Below are positions 18,199 through 28,249 of a DNA stretch of 64,000 nucleotides, one piece after another (position 1 is the first letter of the stretch; each line of letters starts with the position of its first letter). The stretch is from IMG/VR virus record IMGVR_UViG_3300028827_000129, positions 106,084 through 170,083 of that record; one strand, 5' to 3'. The DNA comes from a virus. The notes beneath the pieces were generated by a model. That model searched no databases. It was not told the DNA's origin and was given only the letters and a program-made list of their open reading frames with translations. The position numbers and the translations under genes are program-made.

Positions 18199-20151
18199 AT
18201 GGCTTTAGTTGGGCTTGGAGGAAATACTTCTGCTCTTGCATCTAATTCTGGCCTATTAATTAATTTCGGCAAAATTAGTGGAGATGTTTATGGTCTAGGG
18301 AATATAAATGGTGCTTTAAAGATTTCGTTGGTTGGATCTGTTTCTGCTTCAGGTGATATAGAGACGGCAACCGGCGGCCTTGGGTCTGTAGTAGCTCTTG
18401 ATCAAGGGCAGACGCAGGCCTTTTTATTTATAGATGGCATAGTTAGGAAGAATGAATTTTATAATATTGATGGTGCCGTTAAGGCCACTAGCAACACAGA
18501 TGCGTCTCAAAGTGTAAAGCTATTTATTCAAAATAATACCTTTTATGGCACTTCTAGAGCTATTTGTAGATATTTAAGGTCTGGCGAATTTACATCGTGG
18601 AGCTTAAATGATGTACCGCAAAATAAATTGAGTGGTGTCAGCAAAGGTCTCCATAGATCTACATCAGTTTATATTAATGGGAATGGTTCATTAAATAATG
18701 GCTGGCAACTGACAGATATTTATAGCAAAAATGACGGCAGCAGTATAGTTGTATCAGAAAGTAGCAATACTCCTGGATTCACAGTAGAGATTCTATTTTC
18801 TGATGTTAAATACTTTGATTCCGTAGCTGCATATGTTTATTATGACGGCACAAGTGGGCATAATATTAATGTAGATATTTATGACTATTCTCAGTCTTTG
18901 TGGCATAATTTAGGAAGCTTTTCTGACCAAAGTTCTTTTACTGATTTAAGCTATCAAATACAGAATTGTAGCGACTATATTAGTTCAAGTGGCACAGTAT
19001 TACTTAGGTTCAATCATTCATCTACCGGCGATAATACACATACGTTGTCTATAGACTTTGTTGTTCTAGGAGATTCGTCTGATACGGTCCTTGAATGTGA
19101 CAGTAATGCTTTAGGATATTTTGGCGCAACTAGTGCGCATCAAAATATCGGAGGCAAATGGTATTGGGAAATATATATAGATAGAATAGGCGGTAGCCAA
19201 GAAATAAGTGTAGGAGTTGTAAACAAAGATTTCTTATTTAATGGACATGTTGGAGTATCAAGCGCTAGCTGGGGATACATAGCTAAAACAGGTAATTCCT
19301 ATCATGACTCAGTGTTGTCGGCATATGGTCAGACTTTTACCGAGGGTGATGTTGTTATGGTCGCCCTGGATGCTGATAATCATAAGATATGGTTTGGTAA
19401 GAACGGGGTATGGCAAAATGGTGGTGACCCGAGCAATGGCATCAATGAAGCATTTAACGATGTCAGTGGAGAAATATATGCAGCCGTTGTTTTCAGAGAA
19501 CAAGACGATAAAGTTACCGCAAACTTTGGTTCTGGTGTATTATCTTTTGTATATTCACCTCCAACAGGATTTAATGCTGGGTTTATAGGAGAGCCTCCAT
19601 TTGAATATCTAGATAGCAACGTAGCTTCATTAGGTGGGATTTATTCTGATAGAATATTTATTGATTATAGTATTGGTGGTGATGTTTCTGCATCTGGGTA
19701 TTTTTTTGATACTAATGCTAGGCCGCTTGGAGAGGCTGCTACTAGTGCTACTGCTAGTTTTGAACCTGCGCTTGGTAAAATTTTTACTTTAGGGTTATCA
19801 GAAACAGCTTCTATATGCAATGGTGATGGAGCTTTAGGTCTATCAATTAATCTTATTAATGGCTTTGTTACATCAAATGCTTCTACTCTTGGGGACTTGG
19901 GGCTTTTTGGGGCATATATATTACGTAGTTCTTCATTAGCTTCTTATAAACTTGGCGAAGCTTACTTATTTAGTAGTAGTACTACTCAGCTATCTGGAGG
20001 GACGTCGTTCCTTGTATGTAAACCATCAATTAGCAATATTAAAACTGGTATTTTAGACAGGATTTATACTTTTGAAAAGCAATTAGATATTGCTGGAGAT
20101 TTTAAGTTTATTAATAGAGACAAATATTCTGGTAAAGATCAAAAGTTTTAG
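18199..20151 (+). CDS. Tail fibre/appendage protein with SPRY (B30.2)-like domain
   Basis: GGKWYWEIY...ISVGV...SWGY...GDVVMVALDADNHKIWFGKNGVWQ...ANFG...PPTGF is a SPRY signature, flanked by G/A/S-rich shaft repeats. Confidence 0.7.
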   Translation: MALVGLGGNTSALASNSGLLINFGKISGDVYGLGNINGALKISLVGSVSASGDIETATGGLGSVVALDQGQTQAFLFIDGIVRKNEFYNIDGAVKATSNTDASQSVKLFIQNNTFYGTSRAICRYLRSGEFTSWSLNDVPQNKLSGVSKGLHRSTSVYINGNGSLNNGWQLTDIYSKNDGSSIVVSESSNTPGFTVEILFSDVKYFDSVAAYVYYDGTSGHNINVDIYDYSQSLWHNLGSFSDQSSFTDLSYQIQNCSDYISSSGTVLLRFNHSSTGDNTHTLSIDFVVLGDSSDTVLECDSNALGYFGATSAHQNIGGKWYWEIYIDRIGGSQEISVGVVNKDFLFNGHVGVSSASWGYIAKTGNSYHDSVLSAYGQTFTEGDVVMVALDADNHKIWFGKNGVWQNGGDPSNGINEAFNDVSGEIYAAVVFREQDDKVTANFGSGVLSFVYSPPTGFNAGFIGEPPFEYLDSNVASLGGIYSDRIFIDYSIGGDVSASGYFFDTNARPLGEAATSATASFEPALGKIFTLGLSETASICNGDGALGLSINLINGFVTSNASTLGDLGLFGAYILRSSSLASYKLGEAYLFSSSTTQLSGGTSFLVCKPSISNIKTGILDRIYTFEKQLDIAGDFKFINRDKYSGKDQKF

Positions 20152-20160
20152 GGGAATATT

Positions 20161-21705
20161 ATGGAATACTCTGTTTTAACAGAAAAGGCATTATCTATTT
20201 ACCCTGATTGGGTTAATACGTCTAAGAATAGTGCTATTTTTCAATTTTTGATGCCAGCATTGAATGAAGTAGAAGCGTTGCGCGCACAATCAGTTAGACT
20301 TATTGAAGATAGGTTTTTAACTGAGTGTAATATTGATGAGCTGGATTGGGTCTATAAACTTGACCTTGGTTTTGATTTTGAGTTTAAAAACCAAAAAGTT
20401 CAACATTATATTGATGATGATAGCTATATTAAAATCCAAGCACCAGTTGTTATTGCTGATGGGGTTCATTTGGATGTAGTGGATACTTCTAATATAGGGG
20501 CATTTTTTTATGCTTACCCATCTAGGGCTGTAAAGCAAAAAATAAGCAGTGGCCTTAATAAGGTTACTTTAAATAGTACATCAAATGGCTATGTTTTATA
20601 TGATTCAGAGTTGAATATTTATAATAAACCAATTTACTTTACATTAAAAGACAATAATGGTGCGATATTTGATCGTGAAGATAGATTAAGGATTTATATC
20701 CATGGCGAAAGGCATGATGGATTAGAAATTAAAGAAGTACTTATGCCACTGTCTAATGGCGTCTATAAAACATCTTACGCATATTCAGTTGTTAAAAGTA
20801 TAGAGATAGAACACTTTTATAGCGGCACAATTATTATAGAGGATTATTTGCAGGCTAAAGATGTTTTAATCTTTAAAGATATGTCAAGATATTTTAACTC
20901 AGGTTATTATTATAAAGTAGCAAATAGGAACGGGGCTGTTTTTTTAGATTACATGATAAAAAATACCAATAAAGAAGGTTCTTTATTGGAATATACAACC
21001 AAATATACAATGCAACTTTATGATGATTCTGGGATGCCGCTTGTAGCATATAATGCTTATGACATAGATTATAAGCGCGGCTTGGTGTATCTAATCACGC
21101 ATAACAATAATGTATATATGTTTTCTTTAAATAGGCAATATTTTGACCCAGATCGTGTTAGAGATTTAAACAAAAGAACAACTGATCGATATTCTATTAT
21201 CGATGTGGATGAACACTTCCCTTATCAGATTGGCGATTCTGCTCATATTAGTGTAAGATCTAAAAACATTGATAATCTTGATGGTTTAAGGTTATGGGTT
21301 AAATCACCATCTGGAGCCAAGACATATCTGAACAATGGAGATATTATATCTGTAAACTCATCTCAGCGATCTACTTACAATTTTGACATTTCTTTAGACG
21401 ATACTGCTGGGACATATACAATTTATTGCGAATTTTACTATGCTAATAAAAAAGAATTGGATGTTGTAAATCTTGAAGTAGGATACAAAACACCGATAAA
21501 TGTTTTTAAGGGGCTTGACAGAACATATGACGGCCAAGACCCTTCTTATCTTGAAGTTCTTGAGGATGGTAATTTAGTAATAAAAAATACAAATAATGTT
21601 GTAGACTATTTCGTGTTTTATTATGATGTCGCTATGGTCGACGTAGATTCTAAGATACTTTATTTGAGAGATAAATACAATACAGTCAATGTGAGGACAG
21701 AGTAA
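20161..21705 (+). CDS. Baseplate wedge-like structural protein
   Basis: N-terminal helical YPDW...FLMPAL...FLTECNIDELD pattern like gpI/gp7-type wedge proteins; operon position. Confidence 0.4.
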   Translation: MEYSVLTEKALSIYPDWVNTSKNSAIFQFLMPALNEVEALRAQSVRLIEDRFLTECNIDELDWVYKLDLGFDFEFKNQKVQHYIDDDSYIKIQAPVVIADGVHLDVVDTSNIGAFFYAYPSRAVKQKISSGLNKVTLNSTSNGYVLYDSELNIYNKPIYFTLKDNNGAIFDREDRLRIYIHGERHDGLEIKEVLMPLSNGVYKTSYAYSVVKSIEIEHFYSGTIIIEDYLQAKDVLIFKDMSRYFNSGYYYKVANRNGAVFLDYMIKNTNKEGSLLEYTTKYTMQLYDDSGMPLVAYNAYDIDYKRGLVYLITHNNNVYMFSLNRQYFDPDRVRDLNKRTTDRYSIIDVDEHFPYQIGDSAHISVRSKNIDNLDGLRLWVKSPSGAKTYLNNGDIISVNSSQRSTYNFDISLDDTAGTYTIYCEFYYANKKELDVVNLEVGYKTPINVFKGLDRTYDGQDPSYLEVLEDGNLVIKNTNNVVDYFVFYYDVAMVDVDSKILYLRDKYNTVNVRTE

Positions 21706-21706
21706 A

Positions 21707-24700
21707 GTGGCAGTTAATGAACGAGCTCCTGGGGTGTGGTTTTTTGACGACCCCCCTGTTTTGGAAATGTCGAATGCCAATTATCCTGGCATTGTTGACT
21801 GGACTACTGTTGATTTATCTAGCATTGGAATCCCGTCCAATGCAACTTTTCTAATAGCCCGATTCTGGAGATTAAGAACAGATTTTGGCTCTATTGGCGT
21901 TCGTATCCCTGGTACAACATATACACACACTGTAGGCATTTATACCTGTTTTACTCATAGATATGTGCCTGTTGTTAATAGTCAAATAGAGATTAAATCA
22001 ACTGCTGGGGGAATTTATGGCGGCTATCCATATATGGCTGTTATGGGGTATTTTACTTCAGATACTGCTACAATGTTTAGTGATCATGTAGAGTATCAAA
22101 TGACTAATATTTCCTTTCAAACGTTTGATTTTAGTGGCATAGTTTCGCAAGATGCCGTCTTCTTAATTACTGACTTTTTTGTTATAGGCGGAGCAGGTAG
22201 AGGTTATATAAGGCCAGTAGGGTCGACACGTGAAGATTGGCAGCCAGCAGGTACCCCATCCAGTTTAATGGATTATGTTATCCCACTAGGGAGTAATAAG
22301 ACTGTAGAAGTTGGGAGAGATCATGTAAGTAGTGATATTTTTGTAATTCCAAAGGGATACATCAATAAAGGTGTTGCTGAAGTTAATCCAGCGTTATTGC
22401 CGCTGCCTTCTGCTACTGATACGTATGAAAAAATAACGCCAACATACAGCACCTCTGCCCCTCCTAATGCTGTTTCACTGTTTAATATTTCTCCAGATTT
22501 AGATGGTGTATATTACAATATTAGAAATACAGATCAGGTTAACTTTACTACAACTCGTAGGCGTTCTAGTTGGAGTACTGCTGTTGTTGCGCTTGATCAA
22601 AATAAAGAATTTGATCTATCCTTAAGTAGGATAGATGTGCCATTTGATTATTATTCTTATGGCTTTATTGGGGCGAATGTTGTAGATCTTGGTTCTGGGT
22701 CTACGCTCGCTAGATGTAGCCAGGATTCTGAATTAAGAAAGGCTTATAAGGAATTTTCTGCACTTAGATCTTTTAATGATGTAGTATATCAGTTAAACAT
22801 AGATTATGGTGCATTTAGTATCATATCCGATCCTGAAGAAATAAAGATTACTTCGGGGGCTTTTGCTGTTTATCCATCAATAAAACATACGAATATTAAG
22901 GCTTTTGATACAACTCTTTTTGTGGATCGTACTAATGTACCACCAAAAGATCAACACAAGTATACTGCATATGATATTGTAGAGCAATACAAGCCACCAT
23001 ATGGTGTAAGGACAGTTCCACTTGATTGGTCTGTTAACCCACCGGATGATGAGGTAAATACCCCAGTAAGAAACGATAACAATATTGTCCCAACGCCTGG
23101 TTTTGAATATGGGCATAATACTGGAGGTGCTGTATGGGGAGGGCCAGGAAACCCAGAGGTGGAAACTTGGGAGATGCCTTTTCCTGTTCTGTTTTTTGGA
23201 AAGTATTATGACCAAATTTATGTAGATGTTAATGGTAATATATGGTTCGATGAACCAACATCTCAGTATGGATTTGACTTAGCTACAATCAAACGTCCGG
23301 TTATTTGTGCGTGGAATAATCATTTGACTACAAATTACAATGGTAGATTCACATTAAGTAAGTCCCCATATGATCCTAATGACCCATATATCGTGCCAGA
23401 TAAAATTATTGTTGATTGGGTAGTTGAGACGTTTGACGGCGCATATGCTGGCAATGAGCACGTTATCCAATGGCACTTCCGTGTCACTTTTTATGATACT
23501 GGGAGAATCCAAATTTTATATTGGCCTAAAACTTATACATCTCATGACAATAGACAGGCATTATACCCAGACGATGTCCCTCCGCCAGGTGATTTATGTA
23601 ATTATCCTGTCTGGGGGTTAGATGGGATGTATGCTGCAGGAGTTGCAGATGGCAACGGCAACTATGTTTCACATGGCAAGTCTATGCGCGATTTTTATGG
23701 AAACCTCTATGAATATGGGATAAGAGAGGGCGATACACATCGCGCAGATACTCCTATAATTTATGCTTCTGAAATTGCTTCAGATCATATTTCTGTATAC
23801 GGGACGCCATTTGATGATATTCCTCCCACACATTCACATATAAAGACACAGTGGCAAATTTTTACAGGTTATTGGGACTATCAATATAACTTTTTTGTAA
23901 TTGATGAAAATAACCCATTGCAGGATTGGACTGTGTCTGCTGGAGAAGTCCCTGACTTAACTCAGTTTACATTTAGTCATTTAGATCCAGAGACTGATTA
24001 TAAGGTCAGAGTTAGATATATGTGCGACAACCAAACTTGGTCAAAATGGAGCACTGCAAAGGTTTTTAGTACTCCTGATGTGAATCGCACAAATGCTACG
24101 GCTAATGTATCGGCTACATCAATGTCTTGGGTTTTAGCTTCTTTATATGGAACGTCTGAAGCAATTTCTAATACAGAGGCTTCTATGACGTATAGATTTT
24201 ACCTTGGTGATAACTTCTATATGAATGCGAGGGGGTCTGCTTTTGCATATTTAGGGACAAGATTTGCTTTAGGCGATGCAAGTAGTCAGGCAAGAGCATC
24301 TAATAGGGGTTACATTTATAGCAAAGTTTTAATGGATGGCGATGTGGCCGCCCGTAACGAATCAGTAATGAACACACAGCCTGTAATTGAGGATATAGCT
24401 GGGGCGTTATATGCGTCATCGCAGACGGACTCTAAGCTTGGGCTTCATCACTATATCGCTGGTGACGCCGTAAGTAATTCTTATAATGTCATTGCTATTC
24501 ATAAAGCCCTAGATGGCTTAGTCTCTGCTAACCTAGGCGCCTCTTTAAGAGTATATGAATGGCTTCAATATGGTTACCTTAATGGCCCGAATCCAGTTTC
24601 TGATTCTGTTCCTCCTATTGATATTTCTAATTCATATGGGTATGCTAAACTTACTGACCTCGGGAATGAAAACTATAAATATGAAGTTAGTAGTACAGGT

Positions 24701-25249
24701 ATAGATACAACAACAAGATATCATAATGTCAGAGTACAATTGAAGAGTCAATATAATTATACCATACGAAGCAATTTTGACATACGTACTGACTACGATA
24801 TTCAAGAGTCTAATATTTCTGATCTAGCGTATAATATCTTTTTACGCATATCATTGTCATTTTATGGGTATCAAACCGATGGTTATACTCATTCTATTGT
24901 ATTTGAAAAGTATAATAACAGCAGCGATGGCGAACATCACTGTAGGGCATTCGCCAGTAGGACACCATATCAGCAGATTTGGTCGTATGACTTAATAAAT
25001 ACAGCAACAGTTGGCTCACTTAGAATTGTACGAACTTATAATTATACCCCTGGTGTTAACGATTTATATGAATTTTATGTTGGTAATACTTCTGGTTATT
25101 GGACATTGTTTAGTTCATTCTTAGCAGATCACTCACTTTTTGGACCAGAGGCAACTTCTGACTTAATGTTTGTTAGTTATACACCTTCTGATAGTGGGCC
25201 AAATACGCTTGTAACTATAGGGTCGAATTTCAAGCTTGACTACTGGTAA
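21707..25249 (+). CDS. Multidomain tail fibre / receptor-binding protein (nidogen-like segment, FN3 domain)
   Basis: MPFPVLFFGKYYDQIYVDVNGNIWF (nidogen-like) and FTFSHLDPETDYKVRVRY...WSKWS (FN3), plus shaft repeats; GTG start. Confidence 0.6.
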   Translation: MAVNERAPGVWFFDDPPVLEMSNANYPGIVDWTTVDLSSIGIPSNATFLIARFWRLRTDFGSIGVRIPGTTYTHTVGIYTCFTHRYVPVVNSQIEIKSTAGGIYGGYPYMAVMGYFTSDTATMFSDHVEYQMTNISFQTFDFSGIVSQDAVFLITDFFVIGGAGRGYIRPVGSTREDWQPAGTPSSLMDYVIPLGSNKTVEVGRDHVSSDIFVIPKGYINKGVAEVNPALLPLPSATDTYEKITPTYSTSAPPNAVSLFNISPDLDGVYYNIRNTDQVNFTTTRRRSSWSTAVVALDQNKEFDLSLSRIDVPFDYYSYGFIGANVVDLGSGSTLARCSQDSELRKAYKEFSALRSFNDVVYQLNIDYGAFSIISDPEEIKITSGAFAVYPSIKHTNIKAFDTTLFVDRTNVPPKDQHKYTAYDIVEQYKPPYGVRTVPLDWSVNPPDDEVNTPVRNDNNIVPTPGFEYGHNTGGAVWGGPGNPEVETWEMPFPVLFFGKYYDQIYVDVNGNIWFDEPTSQYGFDLATIKRPVICAWNNHLTTNYNGRFTLSKSPYDPNDPYIVPDKIIVDWVVETFDGAYAGNEHVIQWHFRVTFYDTGRIQILYWPKTYTSHDNRQALYPDDVPPPGDLCNYPVWGLDGMYAAGVADGNGNYVSHGKSMRDFYGNLYEYGIREGDTHRADTPIIYASEIASDHISVYGTPFDDIPPTHSHIKTQWQIFTGYWDYQYNFFVIDENNPLQDWTVSAGEVPDLTQFTFSHLDPETDYKVRVRYMCDNQTWSKWSTAKVFSTPDVNRTNATANVSATSMSWVLASLYGTSEAISNTEASMTYRFYLGDNFYMNARGSAFAYLGTRFALGDASSQARASNRGYIYSKVLMDGDVAARNESVMNTQPVIEDIAGALYASSQTDSKLGLHHYIAGDAVSNSYNVIAIHKALDGLVSANLGASLRVYEWLQYGYLNGPNPVSDSVPPIDISNSYGYAKLTDLGNENYKYEVSSTGIDTTTRYHNVRVQLKSQYNYTIRSNFDIRTDYDIQESNISDLAYNIFLRISLSFYGYQTDGYTHSIVFEKYNNSSDGEHHCRAFASRTPYQQIWSYDLINTATVGSLRIVRTYNYTPGVNDLYEFYVGNTSGYWTLFSSFLADHSLFGPEATSDLMFVSYTPSDSGPNTLVTIGSNFKLDYW

Positions 25250-25255
25250 TGGTAT

Positions 25256-25265
25256 CTATAATATA
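25256..25265 (+). promoter_or_regulatory. Putative late-promoter box CTATAATATA (near-leaderless transcript)
   Basis: Lies 5 nt before the ATG at 25271, which has no Shine-Dalgarno sequence. Confidence 0.5.
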
Positions 25266-25270
25266 TTAAG

Positions 25271-26098
25271 ATGAGCCAAAAGACCTTTAACATAACAATA
25301 GATTTATTAGAGCAAGCCTGGAATTCTTTGGACGAGTATGGGCTTCTATTGGACACACCAAGGATTCTTGGTGAAAATAATGCAGATTATAAGAAAAGGT
25401 TGCTGGAAGTTTTTTCGCTTCGTGCTGGCTCAGCATATAACCCGCTCTTAAATGGTATTTTGAGAGATTTTGGGCTATCAAAATATAAGGCATTTACAAT
25501 AGACTGGGCGGGTTCTTCGTCTAATTACAGTTGGTATATAAAAGCCATAGACGATGTAATGTATTTTTATAGTGATAAAAATACATTACAAGGTTTCATT
25601 AATTTAAGGCGCGACAGTTGGTTTACTGTTACAGATTTAGTTAATGAAATAAACAATAGTACATCCTTGACTTTTTCTGCAACACCTGTAAGTGGGGCTG
25701 ATATAGATATTCCAGCCTACTGTATTCCTGCTCAAAATTCGTTAGAATATGTTTTGAGTGCTGTGCCGGCATCTTCTGTTTTTGAAATACAATATGAATA
25801 TGTAGATTTTGATACGTTATTTTTTTCAGAGAAGGACGTTTTCAATAAGCGCGTTGATGATATAAATGCTGATCTTGAGCCAGGAGATTATAGACTGAGC
25901 ATAAATGTGGCGTCTGGAAAATTTTATACAAAAGTTGAAACCTTTACTCAACCAAGTGGCAAAGGCAAGATGGAATTCCGTTATCGTAAAATTCCATTTA
26001 ATGTTATTGTAAGCCCGATTTCTATTTCTAAGTTAGAAAACTATAAAAATAGTAGACAAATTATAAAAAGTGCTGCGCCAATTTTTTGGGGGAAATAG
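25271..26098 (+). CDS. Baseplate structural protein
   Basis: LDEYGLLLDTPRILGENNADYKKRL is a baseplate-wedge-type motif. Confidence 0.55.
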   Translation: MSQKTFNITIDLLEQAWNSLDEYGLLLDTPRILGENNADYKKRLLEVFSLRAGSAYNPLLNGILRDFGLSKYKAFTIDWAGSSSNYSWYIKAIDDVMYFYSDKNTLQGFINLRRDSWFTVTDLVNEINNSTSLTFSATPVSGADIDIPAYCIPAQNSLEYVLSAVPASSVFEIQYEYVDFDTLFFSEKDVFNKRVDDINADLEPGDYRLSINVASGKFYTKVETFTQPSGKGKMEFRYRKIPFNVIVSPISISKLENYKNSRQIIKSAAPIFWGK

Positions 26099-26101
26099 TT
26101 T

Positions 26102-28240
26102 GTGGCTAAATCAGTCCAACAAATATATAGAGTTAATCTGAATATTTATCAATCTGCTTCTAGAGAGACATCGCTGACCCCAGGAACATGGCAATGGGAT
26201 ACTGGCATTATGCTAGATCCAAACTTATCGTTTAGCACATTTGAGTCGAAGTGGGATTATAATGTCAAATCAATTAATAAAGAATTCTGGGTCAATGGTA
26301 TTGATAGTTTAGATAGTTTTACTATCATTGGCCAAGCAGATGTTTTTGCAGATAATAAGAGTATTTCAACAAAAAAAATAAGCAGTGGTGTGATAAGACG
26401 TTTTGGTGCGGAATGGGTAGTGCCAGGCGATGATGCATCTTTTGTAACAGCCAATAATGCTACAAAAGATATAGATAATATTTGGAAAGTTTATTTAGAT
26501 AAGCCAATTAAAGACAACGAAAATGTTTATGTAACATTATATGGAACCTCTAATGAAACAGCATATTTTAGAGTCAATTACTTTACTGGAGTATTGGATG
26601 CAGATGGGCAAGAGCAAGTAAATATTGACAATTCCGGAGAAGTTATCGACTATAACATCGCAAATGCCGACACAACTAAGCGTGAATTTGTAGTAGTTAA
26701 GAATAGAGATTTTGAGACTGAATTATGGCTTGGAATACATGATCCTGCAGAAAACCCAATTACCATTACATTGACAGAGCCATTCGTAACATCGCCTCGA
26801 TTTGAATATAGTTGGCTGTTTAAAAAGCAAGTAACAACTACGCCGTCTGCGCCAGGAGAATATAGAATTCTTCCAAATACTCTTGAGTTCTTTTTAGGCG
26901 ATTCAAATAACAATATCCCCTCTGGAGAGAAGATAGATTGCGGACATTTTTATTATCACAAAAATTATCCTGTAGAAGTCTTATTTGCATCTGAGCCTAC
27001 TAAACAAATCGGTACGCCTGGTGACGTTTTTAGCCTTGAAGAGATTGGTGTTTCTGATGCTTCTGCTAGTCAGCTATTTTCACTTAAAAATAGGCCAGTT
27101 GTTTTTATTAGTGGGACAGAAGAGCCAAGGATTTGGGTTTATGATAATGACTTTTCAGGCGCGGTTGAATGGACTCGCGTAGACGACTTTAGTGGGTCTG
27201 GGCCGAATGATACGCATTTTGTTTTTTATGAATCTATTGGGGCTATTATTTTCGGAGATGGGACTAATGGCAAGATTCCAGATGTAGGTATGCGGATTGG
27301 AGCATCTTATAAAACATCTCCGATTATCTTTTATAATACAAAAGAAAGTATTGGCTACATTATACCTAGTGAGCTGAACTTTAACCCAATGTATAAAAGT
27401 GGCGGGGATTATTATATAACTGTTACACCTAATGAGGATGCTTTGTTATCTACGCTGCGATTAGATATTGATATAGACAATCTCTTAGCTGCTGGTATAC
27501 ATGGGCCTCTATATTCACCTTCATCTGTTGCTTTATTTTCCGTTACTGCATTATCTCATTCAGGAGATGCCATTTCTGATGTTGAAGTAATTTTATTTTC
27601 AGATTACAATATTGGCAACTTGGATTTTACTACTAATATCATAGACGGTGTAGGTGGATCAACCAATGACAATGGGGTTGTGCAGTATTTATATAGTACT
27701 CCGTCAAACCCATTTATGTTAGGCGAATTCGTAGATAATTCCTTAGTTAATACAACCGCCAATACGATAGAGGTGAATGACATAGGTCTATATTATATAG
27801 ATAGCTATAATGATGTATGGTCTTTCTTTGTAAATAACGATGATCCTTTACAGCCATGGTCTAATGAGGTTGCAACATCTGGCCGTTTTTATGCAATTTT
27901 AGATGGTTATTATAATATGCAGCGACCTAATGGTGTCAACGGCAATGTAATACAGTACCCTGCAGGCTCATTAGCACAATATGATGATGTCAAATATAAT
28001 CCGTCTTCAAGGGTTGGTGCATATGTTATAGCTCCGCGAGTTATGACATTTCAAGCTAAAGCATATAGTCCTATTTTTAACAAATATATTTATAGCAATA
28101 AAATTAAAGTACTTATAGCTGTAGAGCCTGGATATGCCAATGTGTTTGAGTTAGGTAAGTTACCGGGCCTTAATGGTATAACTTGGTTTGATCCTATGTT
28201 TGAAAGATCATATTTAAAATCTTCAACTAATGTAGTATAG
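26102..28240 (+). CDS. Baseplate wedge-like protein
   Basis: GVSDASASQLF...WTRVDDF..SGPND.HF...IIFGDGTNGKIP is a gp6-type wedge insertion motif; Ig-like segment follows. Confidence 0.6.
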   Translation: MAKSVQQIYRVNLNIYQSASRETSLTPGTWQWDTGIMLDPNLSFSTFESKWDYNVKSINKEFWVNGIDSLDSFTIIGQADVFADNKSISTKKISSGVIRRFGAEWVVPGDDASFVTANNATKDIDNIWKVYLDKPIKDNENVYVTLYGTSNETAYFRVNYFTGVLDADGQEQVNIDNSGEVIDYNIANADTTKREFVVVKNRDFETELWLGIHDPAENPITITLTEPFVTSPRFEYSWLFKKQVTTTPSAPGEYRILPNTLEFFLGDSNNNIPSGEKIDCGHFYYHKNYPVEVLFASEPTKQIGTPGDVFSLEEIGVSDASASQLFSLKNRPVVFISGTEEPRIWVYDNDFSGAVEWTRVDDFSGSGPNDTHFVFYESIGAIIFGDGTNGKIPDVGMRIGASYKTSPIIFYNTKESIGYIIPSELNFNPMYKSGGDYYITVTPNEDALLSTLRLDIDIDNLLAAGIHGPLYSPSSVALFSVTALSHSGDAISDVEVILFSDYNIGNLDFTTNIIDGVGGSTNDNGVVQYLYSTPSNPFMLGEFVDNSLVNTTANTIEVNDIGLYYIDSYNDVWSFFVNNDDPLQPWSNEVATSGRFYAILDGYYNMQRPNGVNGNVIQYPAGSLAQYDDVKYNPSSRVGAYVIAPRVMTFQAKAYSPIFNKYIYSNKIKVLIAVEPGYANVFELGKLPGLNGITWFDPMFERSYLKSSTNVV

Positions 28241-28249
28241 GGGATAGCG

